Shown here in pieces: positions 19,435 to 27,539 of a DNA stretch of 64,000 nucleotides. Each line of letters opens with the position of its first letter. Within the stretch, counting starts at the first letter, position 1. Under the pieces are notes generated by a model. That model searched no databases. It was not told the origin of the DNA and was given only the letters and a program-made list of their open reading frames with translations. Made by a program: the position numbers and the translations under genes. The stretch covers positions 4,412 through 68,411 of the forward strand of contig CALVIY010000003.1 of the NCBI GenBank assembly GCA_944331955.1, given 5' to 3'. This DNA comes from an uncultured Bacilli bacterium (lineage in GTDB: Bacteria; Bacillota_I; Bacilli_A; RF39; UBA660).

Positions 19435-21240
19435 TTATAATGTCTTTTTATATTCTTTAACTTCTTCAAGCAAAGTACCATTTATATATCTTTTTAAAGC
19501 TTGTTTATATACTTTAGTATAAAGAGGTATTTCTTTTTCCCTAAGGAAATCAAGTGTTTTTTCTTTTTCCTCTTTACTAACTTCATAAGGTGACCCATCA
19601 ATCATAAATATAGTAGTACCATTAAGTTCTTTATCAACATCCATTTTAGGCATTCTATTATTTATAACTATATTATCAGATAAAAATTTTTTTAAAGTTG
19701 CAAGAGAAGTTTTATTGCATTTATCACTGTTTATATAAGTACTAATAAATTCATCTAAACTTAATTTAGTACTAAGATAATAATCCAATAATTCAAACTT
19801 TCTAATATTTCCCTCATTATCTTCAATACCATTTTCAATTTTTTTAACAACTTGAGCGACATTTTCGCCATTTTCATCTATATTAATTTTTATTCTACTA
19901 TGTATTTTACGATTTTGTAATTTCTCTTTAATTTTTAAATATAAAGAATTATTAGTTATTTCTAATACTTTTAAATATTTATAAAATTTACTTTTACTAA
20001 TAGATACTAATTCACAAAACTGATTCAATGATTTGATATTATCATCAAGAAATAGAGTAAAATCAATATTATCTACTATAGGCTTAATATTTTTAATTTT
20101 TTTCTGTTCTCTAATTTTACTTTCTTTTTCTTTAATTCTTTCTTTAGATTTATTAATTTTAAGTTGTAAATCTTCTTTTAGTTTTTCTTTTTCTTCATTT
20201 GTATAATTAAGTCTATAAATGGAAATAAAATTTCCAACTTCTATTTCTCTAAAACTTGCTAGATTATTTTTAACAATCTCATCTATTGTATCTTCATCTG
20301 TCTCTTTTTCTAACATACTTAACGAAACTGAATAATGAATATATTTATGATTATTACACATATTATTTAAAATATGTTCTGCTTTACTAGATATTTCTTT
20401 ATAAAACTCTTTATCAAGATATCCTTTTTCATATAGATAATCAATTAAATCTAAAGATATATGATTAGAACCAACTAATTCTTCTAATTCAGTTTCATTT
20501 GTAATAACATTAATTTTATTAAGAATACAGACTAGCTTTTTATCGGTAGGAGTACTATTATCTCTATTTAAAGTATTAATTACTCTAAGTCTTCTTTGAA
20601 CTTGATTATAATCTAGATTTAAATAGAGTAGGCCATATGTTATTACATAGTCTTTAAGTGTATCTTTACTAACATTATACTTTTTCATAAAAGAATCCAC
20701 TCTTTTAAAATAAGCAGCTTTATCAGAATAATTATCAATTGTTAAATATGTATAATATGCTTCCTTCAGAAGGTCTTTATCAACTTTTAAACTTATAATT
20801 TTCTTTCTAAGTTCAGTCTCTTTTCTATATGTATTAAGTTTAGAAAGAAGAGCTTCCTCATTTGTTAAAAATTCCCTAACAATAGATCTATATCTTGCAA
20901 AACTAAAGTTAAAGACAGTAACCCCATTATAGCTTTTGCTTTTATTAACTTTAAAAATATCTAAATCTTTCATTCCATATAACGAATAAATGTAAAAAGA
21001 AAGTCTATCCGCTCTATATACATTTAAATTTTCACTTTCACGAACAGGATAAGTATCTATATCTTTTTTTATATAATTATCAAAATAATACTTAACTGCA
21101 CCTTTAAAATTAGAAAGAAACTTTTTCTTTTCTTCTTCATCGTTAATAGCAAAAAAGTATTCTAGAGATCTTTTTATATCATTTTCATTAATATTTTCAT
21201 AATCTTGATTAATTATTTTATCAAAACTTTTTTTGTTCAT
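19435..21240 (-). CDS. hypothetical 601-aa protein, paralogue of 21247..23010
   Basis: Collinear similarity to the upstream gene, with a near-identical C-terminus (NGTTIFMI...PYEVSKEEKEKT...PLYTKVYKQALKR). HTH-like segment SLNQFCELVSISKSKFYKYLK. Confidence 0.6.
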   Translation of the reverse strand: MNKKSFDKIINQDYENINENDIKRSLEYFFAINDEEEKKKFLSNFKGAVKYYFDNYIKKDIDTYPVRESENLNVYRADRLSFYIYSLYGMKDLDIFKVNKSKSYNGVTVFNFSFARYRSIVREFLTNEEALLSKLNTYRKETELRKKIISLKVDKDLLKEAYYTYLTIDNYSDKAAYFKRVDSFMKKYNVSKDTLKDYVITYGLLYLNLDYNQVQRRLRVINTLNRDNSTPTDKKLVCILNKINVITNETELEELVGSNHISLDLIDYLYEKGYLDKEFYKEISSKAEHILNNMCNNHKYIHYSVSLSMLEKETDEDTIDEIVKNNLASFREIEVGNFISIYRLNYTNEEKEKLKEDLQLKINKSKERIKEKESKIREQKKIKNIKPIVDNIDFTLFLDDNIKSLNQFCELVSISKSKFYKYLKVLEITNNSLYLKIKEKLQNRKIHSRIKINIDENGENVAQVVKKIENGIEDNEGNIRKFELLDYYLSTKLSLDEFISTYINSDKCNKTSLATLKKFLSDNIVINNRMPKMDVDKELNGTTIFMIDGSPYEVSKEEKEKTLDFLREKEIPLYTKVYKQALKRYINGTLLEEVKEYKKTL

Positions 21241-21246
21241 CCATAA

Positions 21247-23010
21247 TCATCCTCTCTTAACATTTTTAAATTCTTTAACTTCTTCAAACAAAGTACCATT
21301 TACACATCTTTTTAAAGCTTGTTTATATACTTTTGTGTAAAGAGGAATCGTTTTTTTATTAAGATAATTAATTGTTTTTTCTTTTTCTTCTTTACTAACT
21401 TCATATGGTGCATCACCAATCATAAATATAGTTGTACCATTAAGTTCTTGACGAGGTATTATCTTATTAGTTAGTTTATTCTTTTTAAAGAATTGTCTAA
21501 GCTTTCTTAAAGATTCTATATCAACATTATTATTTTCAGTATATATATCCATAAACTCTTTAAAATCGAGCTTAGTTTTAAGAAAATAATCTAGTATTTC
21601 AAAGTTTCTTGTCGCTTCATTATCTTCTTTTATACCATTAATAATCTCATCAGCAATTGTATTTGTTTTATTAACTATAACAGAATATCTTTGTGATCTT
21701 TCTTTTCTTATTTTTTCTTTTACTTTTAAATATAATTCTTTATTATTTGTTTCAATATAAGAAAGATAAGTATAAAAACTATTTTTTGAAATATTAAAAG
21801 CATTACAATATTCATCAACGGTTTTAATATCATCACTAAAAAAAGGAGTAATGTCAAAACTTTCAATAAAATCTTTTAAGTCTTGTTCTTTTTTTAAGGT
21901 ATTATTCATATCTTTATCTGCTTTAACCTTTTCTTTAATATCTTTTATTTTTTTTAATAATTCTTCAGTTAATCTTTCTTTTTCTAGTGAATTTAAATTA
22001 GTTTTATAATTTTTAACGAATAAATTTATATTTGTCTTGTTTAAGTCTCTCATATTATTTTTAACTATATCCTCTAACTCTTTTTTATCATTACAATTAA
22101 TTAATTTTTGAAGTGTTATAGAATAATGAATAAATTTCTTTTCAGCATGAAGTAATTCTATTACTTTATTTACTTTATTAATAATAGAATCTATATCTTT
22201 ACCATATTTTCTATTATAACTATTATTGCTTTGAATAATCTTTTTTACAATGTATGGAGAAATATGGTGAGTATAAATTAATTCTTTAAGAACATTGATA
22301 TCATAACTTTCTATAATTTTTTCTATAACATTTTCTAAGGCTAGTTCATCATTATAAGTATTATACATAAGATTAAGTGTATCAGAAACCCTCTTTTTCA
22401 TTTGAATCGATGCTAGATTTAAATATCTATATCCATATAGTAAAACATAATCTATAAAGGTATTATAATCAATATTATTCTTTTTTATGAACTCTTGTTT
22501 TCTATCATTATATGAATCAATATCTAAAATATCAGTAAGACTAAAAAAGATAGAATATGCTTGTTCTAAAGTGTTTTTATTAATACCTTTATATTTTTTA
22601 TCTAAACTCAATTCTTTATTATATGCTTTTAAATTGTTTATTAAATCTCTATCATAAAAAATATTTCTACTTACATTTTCATTATATCTTTCATAAGAAC
22701 TAGAATAGTTTATTTCATCATCTTGTAGATTTATATTTTTTTGAAATATTGGTAAAAGTTCATCACCATATAAACTCTTGGCTAAGAATAGTAATCTATC
22801 TATTTCAAAAACATTTTTATTGTATGAAATTGGAGTAGGGTATCTCTTAACACTTTCAAGTAATTCATTTACTAAAGATATTATTATACTTTTACAATTA
22901 GTTAAAAATATTTCTCTTGCCTCAATATCTTTATTATAAACTATATACTCTAAGGCTTTTTTGATGTCATTAAATGTTCCATTAGATTTCAATAATATTC
23001 TATCTTCCAT
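21247..23010 (-). CDS. hypothetical 587-aa protein, paralogue of 19435..21240
   Basis: See the paralogue. HTH-like segment TVDEYCNAFNISKNSFYTYLS. Confidence 0.6.
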   Translation of the reverse strand: MEDRILLKSNGTFNDIKKALEYIVYNKDIEAREIFLTNCKSIIISLVNELLESVKRYPTPISYNKNVFEIDRLLFLAKSLYGDELLPIFQKNINLQDDEINYSSSYERYNENVSRNIFYDRDLINNLKAYNKELSLDKKYKGINKNTLEQAYSIFFSLTDILDIDSYNDRKQEFIKKNNIDYNTFIDYVLLYGYRYLNLASIQMKKRVSDTLNLMYNTYNDELALENVIEKIIESYDINVLKELIYTHHISPYIVKKIIQSNNSYNRKYGKDIDSIINKVNKVIELLHAEKKFIHYSITLQKLINCNDKKELEDIVKNNMRDLNKTNINLFVKNYKTNLNSLEKERLTEELLKKIKDIKEKVKADKDMNNTLKKEQDLKDFIESFDITPFFSDDIKTVDEYCNAFNISKNSFYTYLSYIETNNKELYLKVKEKIRKERSQRYSVIVNKTNTIADEIINGIKEDNEATRNFEILDYFLKTKLDFKEFMDIYTENNNVDIESLRKLRQFFKKNKLTNKIIPRQELNGTTIFMIGDAPYEVSKEEKEKTINYLNKKTIPLYTKVYKQALKRCVNGTLFEEVKEFKNVKRG

Positions 23011-23057
23011 AGTTTTAATCCCTTTCCCTAAGTATCACATATTATATCGCATTATTA

Positions 23058-23086
23058 TTGAAAATACAAGGAAAATATTGTATAAT
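23058..23086 (+). promoter_or_regulatory. sigma-A type promoter of mnmA
   Basis: TTGAAA, 17-nt spacer, TATAAT with an upstream TG. Confidence 0.65.
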
Positions 23087-23116
23087 TAGTTGAAATCAAA
23101 AGGAAGTGTGATATTT

Positions 23117-24226
23117 ATGAGTAAAGTTGTTGTAGGGATATCTGGTGGTGTAGACTCATCTGTCGCTGCCATTCTTTTAAAAGAACAGGGCTATGAAGTT
23201 ATAGGATTATTTATGAGAAACTGGGATAGTTCAATTAATAATGATTTTTTAGGTAATCCTAATTTAAATAATAATATCTGCCCTCAAGAAGAAGATTATA
23301 ATGATGCTCTTTCGGTATGTGACAAATTAGGTATTCCTTTACATAGAGTTGATTTTATCAAAGAATATTGGGATGATGTTTTTACTTACTTTTTAGACGA
23401 ATTAAAAAAAGGAAGAACTCCTAACCCTGATATCATGTGTAATAAATATATTAAATTTGATTTATTTGTTAAAGAAGCTAAGAAATTAGGCGCTGACTAT
23501 ATTGCCACAGGTCATTATGCAAAAATAGAAAATGGTAGACTTATGAGAAGCCATGAACACAATAAAGATCAAACTTACTTTTTATCTCAGGTTAGTAAAG
23601 AACAACTTAAAAATGTTTTATTTCCTTTAGGAGACATTAAAGATAAAAAAGAAGTACGTGAAATAGCAGAACAATATGGATTAGTTACTGCTAAAAAGAA
23701 AGATTCTACAGGTATATGTTTTATAGGTGAAAGAAATTTTAAAAACTTCTTAAAAAACTATCTACCTAATAAAAAAGGTAATATTGTTAATATAGATACT
23801 AATGAAGTACTAGGTGAACATATTGGGTTAATGTATTATACAATAGGACAGAGAAAAGGACTTGATATTGGAGGTAGTAAAGATAAATTATTTGTTGTAG
23901 GAAAAGACTTGAATAAAAATGTTTTATATGTTGCAGAAGGGGAGAATAACAAGTATCTTTATTCAGATAGCGCTCTTTTAGAAACGATTAACTTTAACTG
24001 TGATGAAAGACCAGTAGAATGTACTGCAAAATTTAGATATAGAGCCCCTGATGTTAAAGTAAAATTAGAATATTTAGATAACGGAGAAATACTAGTTAAA
24101 TATGATAATGTTAAAGCCGTAACTCCTGGACAAGCTTGTGTTTTTTATAACGGAGAATACTGTCTTGGAGGGGGAATAGTAAAAGAAGTTAGAAAGAACA
24201 ATGAGAAGCTATGGTATTTACTATAG
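23117..24226 (+). CDS. mnmA: tRNA-specific 2-thiouridylase
   Basis: PP-loop [15 protein letters not shown], followed by NPDIMCN, DQTYFL and GICFIGE. Confidence 0.95.
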   Translation: MSKVVVGISGGVDSSVAAILLKEQGYEVIGLFMRNWDSSINNDFLGNPNLNNNICPQEEDYNDALSVCDKLGIPLHRVDFIKEYWDDVFTYFLDELKKGRTPNPDIMCNKYIKFDLFVKEAKKLGADYIATGHYAKIENGRLMRSHEHNKDQTYFLSQVSKEQLKNVLFPLGDIKDKKEVREIAEQYGLVTAKKKDSTGICFIGERNFKNFLKNYLPNKKGNIVNIDTNEVLGEHIGLMYYTIGQRKGLDIGGSKDKLFVVGKDLNKNVLYVAEGENNKYLYSDSALLETINFNCDERPVECTAKFRYRAPDVKVKLEYLDNGEILVKYDNVKAVTPGQACVFYNGEYCLGGGIVKEVRKNNEKLWYLL

Positions 24227-24309
24227 TTTCTTTTCTATGTAAACATTTTACATAAATTTTACTTGACTAAACTTGTCAAACTATTTAAAATGTATTATAG
24301 GTGGTTAGC

Positions 24310-25077
24310 ATGAAAGATTTAAACGAATTATTAAGTGAACTTGGAATATCAAAAGTAAGACTAGCTAAATATTTAGGAGTATCAAGACAAATGCTATACA
24401 ACTATTTAGCTTTAGATAGTTTATCCTTATGGCCAAAAGAAAAAGCTGTAAGATTACTTGCTTTATTAAATATAGAAGATGAAGATGGAGTAAGTGGAGT
24501 TAATGTAACTAGTGATTATATTATAGAAGTTGAAAATAGACTTAATGAAGGAGTAAAAGATTCATCTAATAGAGAAGTATTAGCAGACCTTAAAAGTTTT
24601 AATAAAAAAGAACAAGAAATACTTGCTGACATTATTAATTTACTTAAAGAAAAATTATTAGAGGATAAGACAAAAAATACTTATAATACTTATGTATATC
24701 TATATCATTATTTACAATCAATGGAAACTAATGAAGAATTAAGGTATATTTTAGGATACATGTCAAAATCAATGGGATTTACTAATCCAATGGAATTTGC
24801 TTTTGATAAAGATAGACAATTTGTTTTTGAAAGTATTTTATTTTCTGCTATGACTTTATATCATAATGGAGGAGCATCTAAGAATAAGATAGCAGAAACT
24901 CATAAGAGATTCGTTCAAGATATTGAAGCAAAAAAAGAAGAGAAACTTAGTCGTACACAAGAGTTAAATACTGCAAAAGTTCAAGCTTTAAGAGAACTTG
25001 GATATAGTGAAATTAATGAAACAAATGCCAAAGAAGTTCTTGAAAAAATTGCTGAAATTCAATCAAGAAAGGTATAG
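24310..25077 (+). CDS. XRE-like HTH domain protein
   Basis: N-terminal HTH (ISKVRLAKYLGVSRQMLYNY). The rest is helical and unrecognised. A TTGAC-N7-GTCAA inverted repeat lies upstream at 24263-24279. Confidence 0.6.
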   Translation: MKDLNELLSELGISKVRLAKYLGVSRQMLYNYLALDSLSLWPKEKAVRLLALLNIEDEDGVSGVNVTSDYIIEVENRLNEGVKDSSNREVLADLKSFNKKEQEILADIINLLKEKLLEDKTKNTYNTYVYLYHYLQSMETNEELRYILGYMSKSMGFTNPMEFAFDKDRQFVFESILFSAMTLYHNGGASKNKIAETHKRFVQDIEAKKEEKLSRTQELNTAKVQALRELGYSEINETNAKEVLEKIAEIQSRKV

Positions 25078-25083
25078 AATATT

Positions 25084-25587
25084 ATGTATACCTTTTTAAT
25101 TTTAATTGCTACTTTAATAATTATAAGGGCATTAACCAATTTAATTGATAATTTATTATATAATAATAATTTTAATGATGAAAAAAAGTTAAAAACAATT
25201 TACAAGAAGAAAAGATTTATGACTGATACTGAATATGAGTTTTATAATAAACTTAAAAATTTAGAACCAGAATATAAAGTTATACCTCAACTAAATTTAG
25301 CATCTATAATAAGCAAAGAAAACAACAATAAATATTATACAGATCTATTTAGAAATATAGACTTTGCTATTTTCGATAATAATTTAAGAAATATATTATT
25401 ATTAATAGAATTAAACGATGGAACACATCAACTAAAGCAAAGAAAAGTAAGAGATGCAAAAGTTAATAAAATATGTAATGCTTCAGGAATACCGTTAATA
25501 TATTTTTATACAAAATATCCAAACGAAAAAGAATATGTTATTAACAGAATAAAAGATGCTATTAATAAAACAAAAGAAAAGATTTAA
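25084..25587 (+). CDS. membrane-anchored DUF2726-like (nuclease-related) protein
   Basis: N-terminal TM segment. TDTEYEFYNKL...IDFAIFD...LLIELNDGTH resembles DUF2726/Vsr-like endonuclease-fold proteins. Confidence 0.55.
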   Translation: MYTFLILIATLIIIRALTNLIDNLLYNNNFNDEKKLKTIYKKKRFMTDTEYEFYNKLKNLEPEYKVIPQLNLASIISKENNNKYYTDLFRNIDFAIFDNNLRNILLLIELNDGTHQLKQRKVRDAKVNKICNASGIPLIYFYTKYPNEKEYVINRIKDAINKTKEKI

Positions 25588-25634
25588 TTGAAAAAATAAC
25601 TAGATTTAAGGTCTAATTTTATTCATATACTGTA

Positions 25635-25700
25635 TGTAAACTAAGTGTAAAGTACAAATTAAAGTAGGGGAGTAGTACTCAATATTTGATATAATTAAAG
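25635..25700 (+). repeat. left copy of the prophage-flanking direct repeat (mate at 32048-32112)
   Basis: TGTAAACTAAgTGTAAAGTaCAAAttAAAGTAGGGgAGTAGTAcTCaATATTTGATATAATTAAA. Includes a TGaTATAAT extended -10. Confidence 0.85.
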
Positions 25701-25721
25701 TCAAAAGAGGTGCCATATTTT

Positions 25722-26018
25722 ATGGATAGTAATAGTGTTTATAATTTTATTTCTTATAATTCTTATTATGCTTTATTTTTAACATATGTTTTTCCTGTGC
25801 TTTTATTAATATTAATAAGTTTAGCTATTGGATATTTAGCAAGTATTAATCATAAATTAAAAGAAATATTTGCTAATGATAACAAAATAGCATCTATTAA
25901 GGCTAATGTAGAACAAACTAGTAAGAAGACATTATATGATATTGCCTTAATACCAGCAATAATTGTATCAGTGCTAATTGTATTCTTACTTATTATCTCC
26001 TTATTATTTTCTTTTTAA
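25722..26018 (+). CDS. prophage small two-TM membrane protein (98 aa)
   Basis: AAGAGGTG SD, then the ATG at 25722. Two hydrophobic segments. Confidence 0.55.
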   Translation: MDSNSVYNFISYNSYYALFLTYVFPVLLLILISLAIGYLASINHKLKEIFANDNKIASIKANVEQTSKKTLYDIALIPAIIVSVLIVFLLIISLLFSF

Positions 26019-26094
26019 TTTTTTATACTAGTTAACATAACATATACTATCGGAGTTGATATATCTTTTAGTAAATAGTTAACATAATATCTTA

Positions 26095-26122
26095 CCCGAA
26101 AACACTTCGGGTTTTCTCTTTT
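26095..26122 (+). terminator. Rho-independent terminator
   Basis: CCCGAA/TTCGGG stem followed by TTTTCTCTTTT. A 20-nt perfect AT palindrome TTCTAAAAATATTTTTAGAA follows. Confidence 0.65.
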
Positions 26123-26153
26123 CTAAAAATATTTTTAGAAAAGAGGTTATAAT

Positions 26154-26459
26154 ATGGATAATAAATTTCCGATTATTACGCAAAAGATTAAACTTATCTC
26201 TATTCAAAAACTAGATTTTGCTACAAAAGATGGTGATAAGATTCAGGGTGTTAAATTGTTTTATTTAACTGAACCTGATGAAAATTTAAAAGATAGTTAC
26301 ATTGGTGGTGTTGTTCAAAATTCTTTTATATCTGGAGTTGATTCATTAAAGATTTTTGATTCTAATAAAAATGTTTCACTTCCTAAAAATGCTACTTTAA
26401 GTTTAGAAATATATTCTACTTCTAAGCCTCCACGTGCTATTGGTGTTAAAATAGATTAG
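26154..26459 (+). CDS. prophage protein, ssDNA-binding (gene V-like) by position and size only
   Basis: 101 aa. It is the first ORF after the intergenic module, where inoviruses place the ssDNA-binding protein. No motif-level support. Confidence 0.35.
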   Translation: MDNKFPIITQKIKLISIQKLDFATKDGDKIQGVKLFYLTEPDENLKDSYIGGVVQNSFISGVDSLKIFDSNKNVSLPKNATLSLEIYSTSKPPRAIGVKID

Positions 26460-26471
26460 CATTAAAAGGGG

Positions 26472-26780
26472 GTGTTGGTTGTGATTGTTGAAGAACACGA
26501 TACTAAATTTCTATCTTATCGTGAAAGATCTTTAAAAATTTATACTTGTGAAGAATTATGTCAATTAGCTTTTGATTTTAAACCTTATTATAATTCTTAT
26601 AGTCCACCTATTGTTAAAGAGTGTCATTCTGTTTATAGAAAAGAAGATGGTTCTTTAATTGTTAGGAAAACAAAGCATAGACCTATTCAAGATTCTGAAC
26701 ATTGGTGTTCACCTGGTTATGTTAATGGTTATGGTCATAAAATGGTTGATTATTATGAACAGTATAAATTTGATTTTTAA
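26472..26780 (+). CDS. prophage hypothetical protein (~100 aa)
   Basis: AAAGGGGG SD with a GTG start at 26472 or 26481. Several Cys/His residues. Confidence 0.5.
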   Translation: MLVVIVEEHDTKFLSYRERSLKIYTCEELCQLAFDFKPYYNSYSPPIVKECHSVYRKEDGSLIVRKTKHRPIQDSEHWCSPGYVNGYGHKMVDYYEQYKFDF

Positions 26781-26789
26781 TTATTAAGT

Positions 26790-26841
26790 ATTTGAGGTGT
26801 TAGCTTTAATAATATAGGTTGAGCATTTGAGGTGTTAGCTT
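26790..26841 (+). repeat. two direct 17-nt repeats ATTTGAGGTGTTAGCTT (26790-26806, 26825-26841)
   Basis: Exact 17-mers spaced 35 nt apart, immediately upstream of the coat-like genes. Confidence 0.8.
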
Positions 26842-26867
26842 AATCACAAAAAAAACTTAAGAAAGGA

Positions 26868-27074
26868 GTGATTACTATACTTCAAATTCTTACTGATGTT
26901 TCATCTACAATGAGTTTATCTACTTATTTAGAAACTTTAGGTACTATTGTAAGTTCGGTAACTGGTTGGGCTGTTAGTTTTTTAGGAGTTATGACTTCTA
27001 ATTCAATTCTTCTAGTTCCATTTGGAGTTATTGCTGTTTTCACTGCTATAAAAGTTTTGAAAAAAATTTTTTAG
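26868..27074 (+). CDS. inovirus major-coat-like protein, copy 1 (start uncertain; conserved core begins at ATG 26913)
   Basis: MSLSTYLETLGTIVSSVTGWAVSFLGVMTSNSILLVPFGVIAVFTAIKVLKKIF: acidic/polar N-part, hydrophobic core, basic tail. Paralogue of the next ORF. Confidence 0.6.
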   Translation: MITILQILTDVSSTMSLSTYLETLGTIVSSVTGWAVSFLGVMTSNSILLVPFGVIAVFTAIKVLKKIF

Positions 27075-27091
27075 TGAAAGGAGTTTAAAAT

Positions 27092-27277
27092 ATGCCACAA
27101 ATTGCTGCTGTTATGGATTTAAGTACATATTTAACAACTTTAGGGCAAATTATTACTGCGGTGACTGGTTGGGCAGTTGACTTCTTAGAAGTTATGACTA
27201 CTAATCCAATTCTTCTAGTTCCATTTGGTGTAATTGCTGTATTTACTGCTATTAAAGTGCTTAAAAAGATATTTTAA
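27092..27277 (+). CDS. inovirus major-coat-like protein, copy 2
   Basis: 61 aa with the same LLVPFGVIAVFTAIKVLKKIF C-terminus. AAAGGAG SD. Followed by a terminator, as after gene VIII in Ff phages. Confidence 0.65.
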   Translation: MPQIAAVMDLSTYLTTLGQIITAVTGWAVDFLEVMTTNPILLVPFGVIAVFTAIKVLKKIF

Positions 27278-27281
27278 TTTA

Positions 27282-27313
27282 AGAGAGTAGGTAACTTATC
27301 TGCTCTCTTTTCT
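27282..27313 (+). terminator. Rho-independent terminator after the coat genes
   Basis: AGAGAGTAG/CTGCTCTCT stem followed by a T-run. Confidence 0.7.
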
Positions 27314-27443
27314 TATAAAAAAAAGAAAGGGATGATATTTATTTATAAAGTAGAGCTAATTGTAGCTGATAATTGTTTATTGCTTAAATTATTAGAAAAA
27401 TTAAACTTTATTGAAGTTTTAAAGAAAGAGAGGTTAGAGTTAT

Positions 27444-27539
27444 ATGATTAATTTTTTAGTAATTGCTTTTTCTATTGCATTAGCTATTTATTTACTTAAG
27501 AAAAATAATATCATAGGTAATAAAGATGACAAAAAATAG
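27444..27539 (+). CDS. small hydrophobic virion/assembly-like protein (31 aa), below ORF-track cut-off
   Basis: GAGAGG SD. MINFLVIAFSIALAIYLLKKNNIIGNKDDKK. Overlaps the start of the next gene. Comparable in size to the small minor coat proteins pVII/pIX. Confidence 0.45.
   Translation: MINFLVIAFSIALAIYLLKKNNIIGNKDDKK

Noticed and set aside
24237-24253. ATGTAAA…TTTACAT hairpins at 24237 and 7636, which resemble the 5' hairpin of the two sRNAs, considered as further copies of the sRNA family.
   Set aside because: They sit directly after the mnmA and aspS stop codons and are followed by T-runs, so they are ordinary terminators. There is no flanking similarity to the sRNA promoters or bodies.
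27332-27451. 39-codon ORF between the coat terminator and the 31-aa hydrophobic ORF in the prophage.
   Set aside because: The SD-like AAAGGG abuts the ATG with essentially no spacing, and the product has no membrane or other recognisable character. It was left uncalled.
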